From Octopus sinensis (Eukaryota): a stretch of DNA of 64,000 nucleotides. Positions 14,798 to 28,467 of the stretch are shown here, in pieces (position 1 is the stretch's first letter; each line of letters opens with the position of its first letter). The position numbers and the translations under genes are program-made. The stretch covers positions 5,146,001 through 5,210,000 of the forward strand of contig NC_043009.1 of assembly GCF_006345805.1 (NCBI RefSeq), written 5' to 3'. The notes beneath the pieces were generated by a model, which was given only the letters and a program-made list of their open reading frames with translations, made no database searches and was not told the origin of the DNA.

Positions 14798-15173
14798 CTA
14801 CGGCTGCTGCTCAATGACTTATGAACACTGTAAATGTTGGTAAGATATAATATGGGCAGCTACAGCGGAGACAACGGAAGCTCTGTCTAGCGGAAGTACC
14901 ACAGCAGGTGTACTCAGGTGGGAATGCATCCGCACATTTTTGAAGTGATACTTATGCTAATTAGCGAAGTTTTGTGAAACTGCTGTGGAATGCAATCAAT
15001 GCATGGATGGAGATAACTGTTGCTGGAAGGCCTTTGGTGGCATCAGGATTCGGTTCGTTGCGATACTTCCGAAAAGAATCAGAAGTATTCACCAGACAAT
15101 TCCTACGATATATCCATCTACAATTTCTGACATACTAATTACCGAAATTGTAATCTCATGAATTACTTTGAAT

Positions 15174-15570
15174 ACTCTCTTTACTCTTATACTTGTTTCA
15201 GTCATTTGACTGCGGCCATGCTGGAGCACCGCCTTTTAGTCGAGCAAATCGACCCCGGGACTTATTCTTTGTAAGCCCAGCACTTATTCTATCGGTCTGT
15301 TTTGCCGAACCGCTAAGTGACGGAGACGTAAACACACCAGCATCGGTTGTCAAGCAATGCTAGGGGGACAAACACAGACACACACATATATATGTATACA
15401 TATATACGACAGGCGTCTTTCAGTTTCCGTCTACCAAATCCACTCACAAGGCATTGGTCGGTCAGAGGCTATAGCAGAAGACACTTGCCCTAGATGCCAC
15501 GCAGTGGGACTGAACCCGGAACCATGTGGTTGGTTAGCAAGCTACTTACCATACAGCCACTCCTGAGCCT
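15174..15570 (-). mobile_element. SINE family C, near full length
   Basis: Head GGCTCAGGAGTGGCTGTATGGTAAG..GTTCAGTCCC and tail ..GACTGAAACAAGTATAAGAGTAAAAGAG on minus strand. Confidence 0.85.
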
Positions 15571-17138
15571 ATAATGGTGCACATTTAAGTAAAACATCGA
15601 CGCCGTGCCTACAATATCGACGCCGAGCTAATAGCCAAGATCAGTGAGAGTACCAGCTTATAAGCAAGGTTATACGCAAGAAAATCCTTGGCAGCCTGCT
15701 AGCCTACTCGGGTCCATCCATACCAAGAAACTCATGTTGAACGTCATGCCTGCACACTAAGCAACTCTATCATTCACTACTTGAACAAGCAATTTGGGGG
15801 TCTATACGTTCTACATGTTCCGCTGTTGCGCATAGAGTGATTGCTAAATCGGCAGAACGATGTAACCGCAACACTTCAACTTCTTTACACACCTGTTGAT
15901 GCAACCAGCTTCCTTCCATAAAAAAACATTCTGAATTGCGGTGATATCAATGGCATAAACACTTCCATACATGACACAAAAGAAAATATAGGAAATCGTC
16001 GGATAAAGTAATCTTTGATACTGCACAGATTTAAACCGAGGATCAAGAATAGAAATCTCAGTTGTCGCTACCTGTGAGCCAAACTGACGGTTTTATTGCT
16101 ATTGCCTGTTCACGTACCTTTTCCACCAGCTATTACTACGTCTACCCAACCGCGCAACTAACTTCATTACAGGATGTTATTTCCACCAACACCGTTATCA
16201 ATCAACAGCTAGTTAGAGTTCACCTTCTCGCTTTGAACTCTGTCGGCTTTGCCTTCACTGTTTGGCGAATGGCTATTGCTAATATCATAGCTCATTGCTG
16301 CCGTCATCACTGTCATAAACATCGCGGTGTCGGTCACTGCAAATAGTTCCGTTACCATATAACCATCTCTTATTATCATCTGAATACGAAAGCATCAAAA
16401 CAAGTATACGATGGATATATAACTAGTGTCTCCTATAATGTTATCGTCAGTTTGTTCGTTAGCAAAATGGGGAAAGATAATGAAATATTATATTACTTGA
16501 CACAATAATGGATATTCTGTATAATGTTATCTGAAAACTCTCCCGCACTGAAGCTGTTTTCATCTCAATTAAGAGTAGAGTGTGAGGTAAGGTGCCCGAA
16601 AAGAAAAAGTCATACATTTGTCACTTAAAATAATAACTTAAAGTTGTTTCTTTCGAGATCATTCTTCATGTGATAAAGACCGTTATAATAATTATTTCAC
16701 CCTAGATAACTTTTTCTTACAAAATTCGTCAGTCTTTATGTAGAAAGAAAAGGTTTCATTTCCAAGAGATTTGACTACTATTTTAAGCTAGGAGATCGTG
16801 ACTCCAATGATTGATCGCATCCGTCTCAATAGCTCAATGGCTATAGAGTGTAACTACTGAAAAGTGTTATTGTAAAATATGGAAACAGCGTTACTTCATT
16901 TTAGAGCCACGAGTTTACGCATTGACGGTCATGTGGTGTGTTTTAACGTTCAAAGATAAGAATCGTGATATTCACGTAATCATTTACTTGCCTTCATATC
17001 CTTATTTCATTATGCATTGAAAATATATTTTCATATTTCAATGTACCATAGTCCGTTTAGACAAAGTTTCACATACACAAGCAAATACATAAATAATATA
17101 CACGTACATGTGTATGTCTTTGCGTGTGTGTGTGTATG

Positions 17139-17169
<31 letters not shown>

Positions 17170-17419
17170 CTTTGCGTGTGTGTGTGTGTTTGTGCGTCGT
17201 GCGCGTGCGTGTGATGGACTCACCTGTCTTGACGACAGGTGAGAAATCCGAAATTTGCAGCAGAACAATTTTGCAGAGTTGAATCTTTCACTCATGTTTA
17301 TAGTGTATAATATCTCACTGTATCTCGGACACTCTCGGTATGAAAACAAAATATAACCTCTGCGTAGTTAAGTAATGAGTTCTCTTTCGAATTATACACC
17401 TTCCAGATCCCTATAAGTC

Positions 17420-18170
17420 GTACTGGATTAAGTATTGGATGAACATTACGCAGCAGGTTGTGATAGATGGAACGCAAGATCTCAGCAAAAGTCACTAATG
17501 GTGCTCCCAGGGGAATTATTTGGGTCCGCCTCTACGTAAAGGATATCTCAAAAGGCATCAGCAAAGCAAAATGAAAATATCCCCAAAAGACTCCAAGCTC
17601 CAAGAACTAAGACATCCGAACTCAACACCGGTGTGATCTGTATACTGATGGATAGAGAACATTCGGTTAAATGAGGATAAATTTGAACTGATGCACTTTT
17701 GAACAGAATGTACTCTTCGGGTGAATTACATCATCTAATAACATATGGGACTTAGGAGTAATTGTTGACAATAATCTCGGCCGGAATGCTCATAACATCA
17801 ATTACGTAGATATGGGTTGCGGGATGAGCTCCTGGATCCTAAGAGTTTACAGGTGCAGAAAACGAAATGTCATCTATACTCTTTTCTCCTCCTTTGTATG
17901 GCCACATCTAGAATACTGCAATCGACTGTTGTCTCCTCACGCCAAATAGGACATTACGGGAATTTCGTCACCTCAGAGAGCAATCGCAAGCAGAATAAAA
18001 TCATGACTGGATCTGCATAAATAGGACCGTTTTGAAACCCTGAAACTTTTGCCCATCACCACGGTGAGTGCTACATCATTTGCACAATGTTGAAAATATA
18101 GCACTATCATTAACCGAACGACCTTCATATCAAATTCAGAATTCATTCAAAGTTAGGACGCCCTACCTGA
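17420..18170 (+). pseudogene. Old decayed CR1-group LINE RT fragment
   Basis: Colinear nucleotide similarity to 46630-47460 (e.g. AATGAGGATAAATTTGAA, GACTTAGGAGTAATTGTTGACAA) with many stops and indels. Confidence 0.8.
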
Positions 18171-20029
18171 ACCGAAAATAACAATAAATACTGGTTTTAA
18201 ATTTATTTAGTATCTATGATGTGTTTGTATTAAGTTAGACATGACTGAAAGATATTTAAGTTTATCTAAGTTTACATTCAGTACATAGACATGTGAGTAT
18301 GTGTGTGACCATATCTCTCCCTATTCCTCTCTCCCGCTCTCTGTATTCTTTATAATCTACCAACCCACACACGCATACACATATACATATATGTAGATTG
18401 TCAGATTGACTGACAGACAGACTGATGGATAGATAGATAGATAAATTGATAGATAGATAATTACAAATATGTACATACATGTGTATATCTGCCTATTTGT
18501 GAATGTTTTTGTGTATATTTTTGGATCTGTATAATTTTTATTGACATATTTAGATACACTGTATTCATTAAGAAATTTGTGAGTAACAATTATATTTCTG
18601 TTAAAGTTTCTTTCGTATAAAAGAATAGAATATTTGCAATGTGTTCTTTTATATTGTTTCATTGAAATTTTTGTGCACTTAATTTCATTTTCTTGAAATA
18701 TTTGTGAAAATAAGAATGACCTGGAAACAATTGAATTTCTTGGGCAATTGTTAGCACAGTCACAATCGGTTTTACTATCGCCAACGTTTCTCTGTAAATA
18801 AAGCATTCTATACCAAACTACAACATGAAGATATTTCGGGAAAATTTCAATAAAACATTTCTTGTTAGACTTTAAACAGAAGAGAAAAAAAGGGTTTTTA
18901 TTCATTTAAGTTTATAAACAAAGGACGCAAAAAGAATTTTTTGGGTTTTGCTTTGTTACAGAACGAACATTTCATTTTCAAATCTAAATTAATTTATTTT
19001 CCATTTTACTTTCGGGCTAAATAGAATATTCATTGTTAGAAGCTTTAAACGAATATATTTAACAAATAATGCCAAGTCATACCTTAAAATGCCACTAGCA
19101 GATTCGAAACCATCATGGCAGAGCATATATGTAAGTTTTTCTAAAGAATGCAGTAATTGTATTAGCTTATCCCTTTGGCTTCTGCAATAAGCAGAGAAAA
19201 AGAAAAATTACAAAGAAGATCGACATTTAAATTTTGTTTCCGCAATGGGAACAACATATGTAATCACATATTCTAGTACGTCTGTATGCACATATGTATG
19301 CACACATCAGTGCACACATAACACACACACACACACGCACAGACATGCGCACAGAAACACAAACACACACGCACACACACACAAGCAAACGCATATATGT
19401 ATAATTATAGATAATTATTTCTCGTAATATATATACCTGTGTCAGTGTGTTTGTGCGTGTGTTCTCTGTGGGTGTATAAACATATTTTTATATATCTTTT
19501 ATAAGCACATACACACATACACACACACATACAAACACATACACAAACACACATACACACATATATATATATACATCAAATTTAATGACAATAGGGTTGA
19601 ATATATAATGCTTACATTGTTGGTTCGTTGCCCTACAGATGTCAGATGGTGGGGGTAATTAAAATAGTTGATGGTTTTGCTGCGATCGTATATGAATGTT
19701 GTAATTAATAAAACTCAATCGTGCCCTAGAAATAATGATCTCAGGTTCGAGGTTGTAAAGGAGAGGGGTTACTACATTAAAGCCAGACACTTCAACGCAG
19801 CCAAAGAGCTAATTTATCAATTGTTCCTCCAAGCTATTTTACAATTCTTTGAGAATGTGTGATGTTGATGTATTCTTTTCCTTCTCTTTTCATTTTATTT
19901 CAACAGAACAAAAAAAAAAACTAAACTGAAAGTAAAGCAAAAAAAAAAAAAACAGATAAAATAAAATGTGTCCAACAGAGAAATTCACAATTCAATAATA
20001 ATAATTTGTAACGAAATAATAATAATGAT

Positions 20030-20065
<36 letters not shown>

Positions 20066-20068
20066 AAT

Positions 20069-20121
<53 letters not shown>

Positions 20122-20891
20122 TGAAAATGAAAGAAAAAAGAGATAAAGAAAATGACGAAGAAGAGAAGGAAGAATGAAAGGAAGAAATATTGGAGTAAAA
20201 CGAACAAGAACAAGGACTTCATCAAAATAATTATATTGATGTGCTTTATTTAAATTTTAGTGAAAAAGTTTTGGATTTCCTGGTGAGAGCTGCAAGCTAA
20301 CACGATACTCTTGCATGATTGTAGTTCTTCATCCAAATTCGATTCTGTGATCCATTTGAACTATTACACACATGTAAGTTACAATTTTAAAATAAAATAG
20401 AATAACGTAGAATATAAACGTCCAGCTAATTGCCGTGACATCGCATATAAGCTGCTCCAAAGGATTGGTTTTTCAACTGGTGACTCTCTATGATGGGCCA
20501 CTATGTGAATGTGACCGTCTGTTTTTTTTTTTATTCTTGTTGCTTTTTTTCTCTTCTTTTTGTGGTTATCAAGCATAACGACTACAACTTCTTCTCAGTC
20601 TCTGTGCTGTTGCTCGATCTGCTTGAAATACCTTCTAAATGTTCCGAAAAATCCTAGGTTTTTGATATTAAAGAAGTGGAGGACATCTTGGATAATGTAG
20701 TCCTAAGTACACTATAGCTGAAAATACGCGAGGGTGGTCACGACTAGAACGTCTTTGATTATATCTCTGCTCGAGCGGAGCTGTCCTGGGCCTGAATAAT
20801 AACAACATCACTAGAATGATGCTTGTGGCATAAAGCAGAAGATAAGTACTCACGGAGGCGAACATTGGACTAATTTTTCTATAAAAATATT

Positions 20892-20918
20892 TGACGTCAT
20901 TTCACTTCATTGACGTCA
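20892..20918. promoter_or_regulatory. Two perfect palindromic CRE sites (TGACGTCA)
   Basis: TGACGTCA at 20892-20899 and 20911-20918; function not shown. Confidence 0.35.
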
Positions 20919-22487
20919 CATATTTCTAAGGATAAATGTGAATACTGTATTTTGCTTAATTTTATTGTCGTTCTCATAAATACAATTTAGAATTATGTCA
21001 CCAGGTCAGAAGTAAATGTATAATCACTTAAGAATAATATGTGAACCTACCACGTCACTCCTTCTCCTAAGACCTCTTAACACAATAAAGTCGCTGTTTT
21101 CTGTTATCTTCGGTATGAAAGAAATCGTAATGTTTCAATATGGCTGTGCTACACAATAAAGATATGAAAGAAATGTTATTCCTTAGCACGGAACAAAAGT
21201 TATATACAATAGAGTGGGGTTATTTGTAATGGCTAGAAGAATTCGTATACCCTCTCCCTAAAACCACGGAGAGTGGAAAACAACTTGGCAACAACGTGGG
21301 TTCATGAAACGACTGTCAAATTAGAATATTTATTTGTGAAAGAGTATGTCCAGTAAAGAACGCAATTATGACATATCTATGTCACATATAGGTTCGGAGG
21401 AATATTTGCAAACGAAACAGATAATTTGGGGAGTAATTTGAATATCGAGTCTATCTTAGTATCATTTCATTTTGCAAAATACATCTCTATGTCTAAAATC
21501 TAGTGTTCAGTACCATTGTTTGAGTTTTTACAGAAGTTGAATTCATATCGATGGTGTATCAAATAAAATATTAAAAGGTTTTTATTTTAAAACTATCTTA
21601 GAAGAAATAATAATTACTTTATTTATTCGGTTTTTGCTATTTTGAAAATACTTTCTGCGTTTTATTTATCTTAATTTCAAGTCTAGACTTTTAAGATTTG
21701 CATCTCTACAATAGAAAGGTCAATTCATGCAACACAACATAAACGTAATCAGATTCCAGGTCAACCATAATAACATTAAGTCGAAATATAAAATTTCAAA
21801 ACAAAATATAAACGAACAATTCACATACACAATGGTAGTAAACAAAAAACACAAATGTGAAGAAGACGAATGGAAGTACGTGATACAGTAAAATTATTAT
21901 ATCGATCCATGGATGGTGAGAGTTTAACATAGTCACGTTAAGCAAATTTATTTGATAACCAATGTAATGTATTGATTTTCTTTCGTTTTGATGGACTTAA
22001 CTCATTTTAACCGATTCTTATCTGAGCTAACATTCTTTCTAAAACGAAGGCAATGCAGAGTTATGTTTCTTGGATATAGAACATTGACTGTTTTGATAAA
22101 AGTCTCAGATATTGTCTGCTAGGAAACCTGACCGTATGTCGCTTCCATCGTTTTGCTCTCTGATTACAGACATGCAAAAATACATATCGACATACATCGA
22201 GGCACCCCTCCTCTTACACACACACACACACTCACACACACTCACACACATACACACAAACACACACACACATATACATATAAATATGTATGCGTGTGTG
22301 TACATATATATATATATATATGTATATATGTGTATGTGTGTGTGTGTGTGTGTGTGTCTGTGTGTGTGTTTGTGTGTGTGACCGAGTGTGTATCGTTGGC
22401 GATTTTCTTTCTCCGTCTTCCTTTCCTGAGCTACACTTGTTCCACGTCCTCGCGTGGCTGTGTTTTCTCTTTGTTCATGTTTGGATT

Positions 22488-22535
<48 letters not shown>

Positions 22536-22536
<1 letters not shown>

Positions 22537-22898
22537 AGGGCCCTAGCTGATTCGATCAACAGAACAGCCTGCTCATGAAATTAACACGCAAATGGTTTGA
22601 GCATTCCACAGACACGTGTGCCTATAACGCAACTCGCAAGGAGAATCAGCGTGACACAGAGTGTGACAAGGATGGCCCTTTGAAATACAGGTACAACAGA
22701 AACAGGAAGAAAGAGTGAGAGAAAATTGTGGCGAAAGAGTACAGCAGGGTTCGCCACCATCCCCTGCCAGTGGCTCGTGGAGCGTGGCGCTTTAGATACT
22801 TTTGCTCAATAAACACTCACAACGCCCGGTCTGGGAATCGACACTGCGATCCTACGACCGCGAGTCCGCTGCACCAACCACTGAGCCATTGTGCCTCC
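22536..22898 (-). mobile_element. SINE family B, tail type ii
   Basis: Colinear with 29990-30375. Confidence 0.85.
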
Positions 22899-22912
22899 AC
22901 ACACACACACAC

Positions 22913-22957
<45 letters not shown>

Positions 22958-24230
22958 CTTTCTCTCGTCGTGAACAAAAAATCAAGGTTCAGTAAAATAA
23001 ATCTGCAATACTGTTCTATGCTCACCACGTTTCTCTCCGCTGGTGCGTTTCAAACCTTTTGGCAAAGGCAACTTGTTGAAGTCTCAGTTTGCTCGAGTGC
23101 CTGTGAATCATTTCCTACTTTCTTTCTGGAATGTACAGCTAAGCCGGCCTGATTTGCTTCGTGACACAAAACCACAATAAAACGTAAGGTTTCCATTTCG
23201 AAGAGCAGTATTTTGCCAGCGTCCCTTCATGCTTGCAGGCAGGAAGTGGGTCCCGATGCTGGAGTCGACTTTGCTTAAACCTTTGAACTGAGACGAAGCC
23301 ATCCCGCTGGCTAGGCGAGCAGGACAACATTCTTCCCTGATCGAAAGCAGTTCTGCAGTAACGTTAAATAAATTGTTTTGTTCAAGAACACAGCGCGCCG
23401 CCCAGTTACGGAATCCCACCTTCGATCTAGTGATTGTGAGTGCAGCGTCCTATATTAAAATGTCTTTCATTTTGACCACGTCAGTCACTTGTTACTTTGA
23501 ACTTCGCCTTTGGGTGGTCAGAATATTCACGGCAACTATAGCTGAAATTGATGAGATTTTTACATCAATATATAGGTTTCCTGTCATAGCGTGTGGTGGT
23601 AGAGCGGAAATATTGTAATGGCAGAATAGAAAAGAAGAAGAGAAAACGAAGGAAGTAAAATAAGGAGATGTAGAGAAAGAAAGGAAGGAAAAGAAGAAAA
23701 GGGAACAGATGTAAAGAAATAAGGAGAAATGGAAAAAAACAACAAAGAATAATAAACCGATAATGATAGGACGAAATGAAGAGAAAATTTTGATTGGCAA
23801 CGAAAATTAAGGGTAAAAGGATTAGAATGGTCAAAGAATGCAATGGAAAAATTCAATAGAAAAATAGCAGATAAGCAGATAAATTAAGTTCGGAAAAATT
23901 GATATTTAAGGGTAAAAACGGATGAAGAAATAAATGAATCAAATTAATGACATGACTATTAAAATATGTAACAGCAATGGTGCTTATTTAAAGGAATGGT
24001 AAAATGAGGTGGGAGTGACTGTGGTAATTGTGTATAAATGAATAAACAGAATAATATATATAATATATATAATTATAATATAATATAATATAATATAGTA
24101 TAATATAATATAGTATAATATAATATAGTATAATATAGTATAATATATATATATATATAACAATGTGCAGTGTTCAATGGTCCACACATACACATACTCA
24201 CACACACACACGCCCATACACACACATATA

Positions 24231-25272
24231 CAGGTGTTGTACAAATTAATTGAAACACCTAGCATCAGAATTTTGAAATATCTATAAAACCATCAAAAGT
24301 TTCTTTTTTTTTAAGATTTTTGATTTATTATTACTGTTGGTTAATATGTTTTGATAAACGTACTGTTTATTTTCGGATATCATCAGAAAAAAAGTAATTA
24401 AAATTCATTAAAATAACAGATCCATCGAACTATGTTCAGTGATTTTCTCGTATGAGTACAAACTGGGTCGTTCTGCTGCAGAAGCTCTACGGAATATCAA
24501 GCGGGACTTTGGTAATGGTTTGTTGATATCAGAAGTTTTGAGAGATGATTCCACAGGTCTTGTTCAGGAGGTAATAGCTTTGAAAACAAACCAAGGAATA
24601 GGACAAAATCAGTTATTCGGCATAATGGATTAAATACTTTGGTTGAACACTAATCGAGAACAAAGGTTCAAATACTTTCATCAGATCTCCAAACATCTCA
24701 CAACCGTTTTTGGACACCTGTAAAAAATTGGAAAAGTCAAGAAAACGGATGGGTTTGTCCTACATCCACTGAACGAGATTCAATAAAACAGACGCCTCGA
24801 AGTGTGCTCCTCTAATGCTTTCTTGACAGGAAAAGACCATTTTTGCATCAAATCCCTACTTGTGATGAGAAATGGATACTCTTTGACAACAACAGGAGAA
24901 CAGGACAGTGATTAGATACAGGAGAGTCTCCTAAACACTACCCAAACTCACCATTGTACCCTAAAAAGTTAGTGGTCACTCTATGGTGGTCTGCGAAGGG
25001 ACTTATTCATTATTTATTTTTGCAACAAGGAAAAACGGTAACAGCATCATATTGCAGGAAATTGGTTGTATGCATTAGAATTTGAAAAAGAAGCAACCCA
25101 GTCTAATGGATAGAGATGGCCCAATTTTGCTCCACGACAATGCAGTGCTGACACTCCCCAAGCTACGGTCCAAAAGTTACAAAGCCTGAATTTTGAGATT
25201 TTGCGAAATCCTCCCAATTTCGCTGATATCTCTCTTACTGCTCATCACGTATTTAGGTATTTGAGCTTTTCA
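24231..25272 (+). mobile_element. Decayed mariner transposon, 3'-truncated
   Basis: TA followed by TIR-like CAGGTGTTGTACAAATT. Broken frames give YEYKLG, FVLHPLNE (WVPHEL-like), TCDEKWILFDN, TLWWSAKGLIHY, ILLHDNA and PPNFADIS (YSPDL-like). Confidence 0.9.
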
Positions 25273-25389
25273 TAATGGTCACAGGTTCGTGTGTCACATA
25301 GCTAGGTAGTGGCGATGACCTCTTGGAGCTAATCAACGGCCGCATTAATCCTATTTTTCTAGACTGCCATGTTAACTTGGTGATAACTA

Positions 25390-25463
<74 letters not shown>

Positions 25464-26295
25464 AATACATATATATACAAGAAGATATACATTCATAGAT
25501 ACATACATAAATATATACATACAATGTCTGTGTCTTTGTGCGCATTAACTTTTGACATTTCTTGTGTGTTTTTGAATTATTTTATGGTTTGTTTTGTTTT
25601 AATTAGAATGGTAAAATTCTTATCTCGGAGTTCATTGTTCTCAGTAAAGGAAGTAATCATTTGTCACCTTCCAAGAAACGAAAAATTCTATCACCCCACA
25701 ATGAAGATAATCAATTTGAAACCATCAAAATGAAATTGAACGGAAAGTAAATTAATCATTTCTTTTACGATGAACACTCACAATGTCATCACAATAAAGA
25801 ATATGTTCAGCTAGCAGACATCTATATCCGATATTGCAAGAGAGAAGACCTTTTCTCATTTAATTAAAATATTTACTTGAAGCGATGGAATTTTATATCC
25901 CTAAAATTCGGTTGAAACTAGAAATAGAAAATAACATTACAGATAGAAGATATACAGTCGGCAACTTTCTTCTTGTATAGGTCGATAAATATCTCTTATC
26001 TATTATATAGTCATAATATATATTGCTGAGTTTTAATCGTAATATTCAGCGAATGTTTCCTGCAATGTCAAAGACGCTTTGTTCTTTTTCTGTTTTACTA
26101 AATACTCATTGTGTACAAGTTTATATCCGGACAACAAATTCATAATACACGATATCTCTGAAAATGTAATTCACGGAGATACCTTAGCATACACTGAAAA
26201 TATGGAATAAGGAAAAGAATGTTCTTTTTGACATTGAGTATCCAGTGGTTCGATGAACTAACATGCTCGTTTAATTATATATATAAGTTGTTCAA

Positions 26296-26530
26296 GGCGG
26301 CGAGCTGGCAGAATCGTTAGCACGCCGGGCGAAGTGCGTAGCCGTATTTCGTCTTCGGTTACGTTCTGGGTTCAAATTCCGCCGAGGTCGACTTTGCCTT
26401 TCATCCTTTCGGGGTCGATAAATTAAGTACCAGTTACGCACTGCGGTCGATGTAATCGACTTAATCCGTTTGTCTGACCTTGTTTGTCCCCTCTGTGTTT
26501 AGCCCCTTGTGGGTAGTAAAGAAATATATG
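26296..26530 (+). mobile_element. SINE family A, full length with target-site duplication
   Basis: GGCGGCGAGCTGGCAGAATCG..GTTCAAATTCC..GGTCGACTTTGCCTTTCATCCTTTCGGGGTCGATAAA; flanked by TATAAGTTGTT(C/G)AA at 26282-26295 and 26531-26544. Confidence 0.9.
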
Positions 26531-26690
26531 TATAAGTTGTTGAATGTTGCAATATTACATGTGCATTGAATATTATAATCAGACCGAACCAGTGTGACAA
26601 GGCTTGATCATTACATTACATATAGAAGCAGTGCAATAAGCCTCGAAACATGTTCCACATGACTGTTTCCATTCACAGCGTTTTGGTCAG

Positions 26691-27137
26691 CTGATGACGG
26701 TCAAGGCTGATCTGGAACCCAACCTAGGCCCCCATGTCTACGGCTTTCGCCGCTGGAATAAGGAGTGGTTGGCAAACACACGGTCGTTAGCCTCAACTCG
26801 CCAGGCCTGGTCGGTGTTTGTGAGAGATGCAGCATTGAGGATAAATGAAGCCAGCTCAACACACCACGGGTGAATGCTGTAAAGAAGAAGAAGAAGAAGA
26901 AGAAGAAAAAAGAAGAAGAAGAAGAAGAAGAAGAAGAAGAAGAAGAAGAAGAAGAAGAAGAAGACGAAGAAGAAGAAGAAGAAGAAGAAGAAGAAAGAGA
27001 AGAAGAAGAAGAAAGAAGAAGAAGAAGAAGAAGACGAAGAAGAAGAAGAAGACGAAGAAGAAGAGAAGAAGAAGAAGAAGAAGAAGAGAAGAAGAAGAAG
27101 AAGAAGAAGAAGAAGAAGAAGAAGAAGAAGAAGAAGA
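26691..27137 (+). mobile_element. 5'-truncated RTE-type LINE 3' end with (GAA)n tail
   Basis: Open frame LMTVKADLEPNLGPHVYGFRRWNKEWLANTRSLASTRQAWSVFVRDAALRINEASSTHHG*, then ~255 bp GAA tail; flanked by a 71-bp direct repeat. Confidence 0.8.
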
Positions 27138-27757
27138 ATATACAAGCAGTATAATAAGCCTCGAAACACGTACCACATGACTGTTTCCATTCGCAGTGTT
27201 TTGGTCAGTCTCTCGGTATAGTAAAAAATACTGGTCTAAAATGCTACACCGTGTACAGGACATCACAATCTTGAAGTAGACGTCTTGGCTGTTCGACTAT
27301 GCTCGTCAGTCGAGCGGCAACACGCCACAAGAAACTCTTCTAAGTTAAATAGAATATTTCTGCATCTTGAGTTGACTGGAAATTTAGCCACTTCCCCTCA
27401 AGAATTACAATAACAATGCTCACTTCAAAATTTACGACAGATTCTAACATTCAAAATGGTAATTCAAACAGTTTAGAAAAATGACATCAGAACGAAATAA
27501 TTATTAAGGAAGAATAAGTTAAGAAAGTATGGTACACGATTAGAGACTACATAATTAAACATTCTTGTTGACAGCGTGATTAAATCAATTAAAATATAAC
27601 GAAGTGATGACGTTAGAATTAATGACTGGCAATGTGAATTTCATTAGTAAAATCTATACGGAAACAATGAAGACATTGTAAAATCAGATGATTTTATTGC
27701 TATACGACTAAACCGACCAGGAAAAGAATTAGAATATTCAACGTCTTACAGCTGAAC

Positions 27758-27799
<42 letters not shown>

Positions 27800-27801
<2 letters not shown>

Positions 27802-28353
27802 TGGTGGCTGCCCCCTCTTTATCGAGTATGGCCATTGCTCGAAGCTTAATCAATGTTGTTATCGTGCAATGCCTGTGCAAGAAGATTTTCTTTTAATGAG
27901 GAAAGGCTGTGCACTGAGTCAATCCCACTCACTAAGCAACAGCAGCCATAATCCGAAAAGAAGAACAAGTCAACATCATCGGTAACCACTGAGCCGCAGG
28001 TTTTATGTCGGAGTTATCCCAGTTACCTGAGTTACCTTCTCCTAAAAGGATGCCCTAACAAAGGCTAAGAGTCCTTCGCTCCCAATGGCTTAACTGCGCG
28101 ATCGGGTATTCAGTCCGATTATTTCTATGTCCCCGCGCATGATACAGCCTTAAGACATTTATTGGATGGTCGTTGACTCTCAAGAGTTCCTCCGCCCTTT
28201 GACGGGTTTTGTCTTTCATCCCGCAGGGTGTCCAATAAACACCCTCCTCACCAAGCAAGTTTGGTGGGGTTGCCGGTTTAGTCGCCGACGACCCGACCAT
28301 GCAGCAGGTTGTACTGGGTTACATGTTACCTGTAGCACTCGAAAGTGACCTGG
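27800..28353 (-). mobile_element. Non-autonomous RTE-derived element (5'UTR joined to 3' end)
   Basis: Minus strand has RTE-like 5'UTR motifs (..AGCCTTTGTTAGGGCATCC..AGGAGAAGGTAACTC) and an RTE-like 3' end (..CAATGGCCATACTCGATAAAGAG); no ORF2; bounded by (TA)n on both sides. Confidence 0.6.
28273..28350 (-). ncRNA. Candidate HDV-like ribozyme (decayed)
   Basis: Order P1 GGUCA, J1/2, P2 CCAGU, P3 ACA, L3 ACCUGC, P3' UGC, P1' UGGUC, P1.1 GG, P4 UCG/CGA, J4/2 CUAA, P2' ACCGG; one mismatch each in P2 and P3. Confidence 0.5.
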
Positions 28354-28369
28354 CATATATACATATATA

Positions 28370-28451
<82 letters not shown>

Positions 28452-28467
28452 TATACATATACATATA

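Noticed and set aside
15844-16026. ORF that looks like a signal peptide plus a Cys-containing peptide
   Set aside because: It starts at GTG, not ATG, and has no supporting splice or homology signal
16823-16875. tRNA-like 5' half (TAGCTCAATGG, GCTC/GAGT D-stem)
   Set aside because: No B box, T-arm or acceptor stem; at most a decayed SINE head
26691-26725. CTGATGA..GGAAC hammerhead-like string
   Set aside because: It lies in the RTE reading frame (LMTVKADLE); no GAAA and no stems I/III
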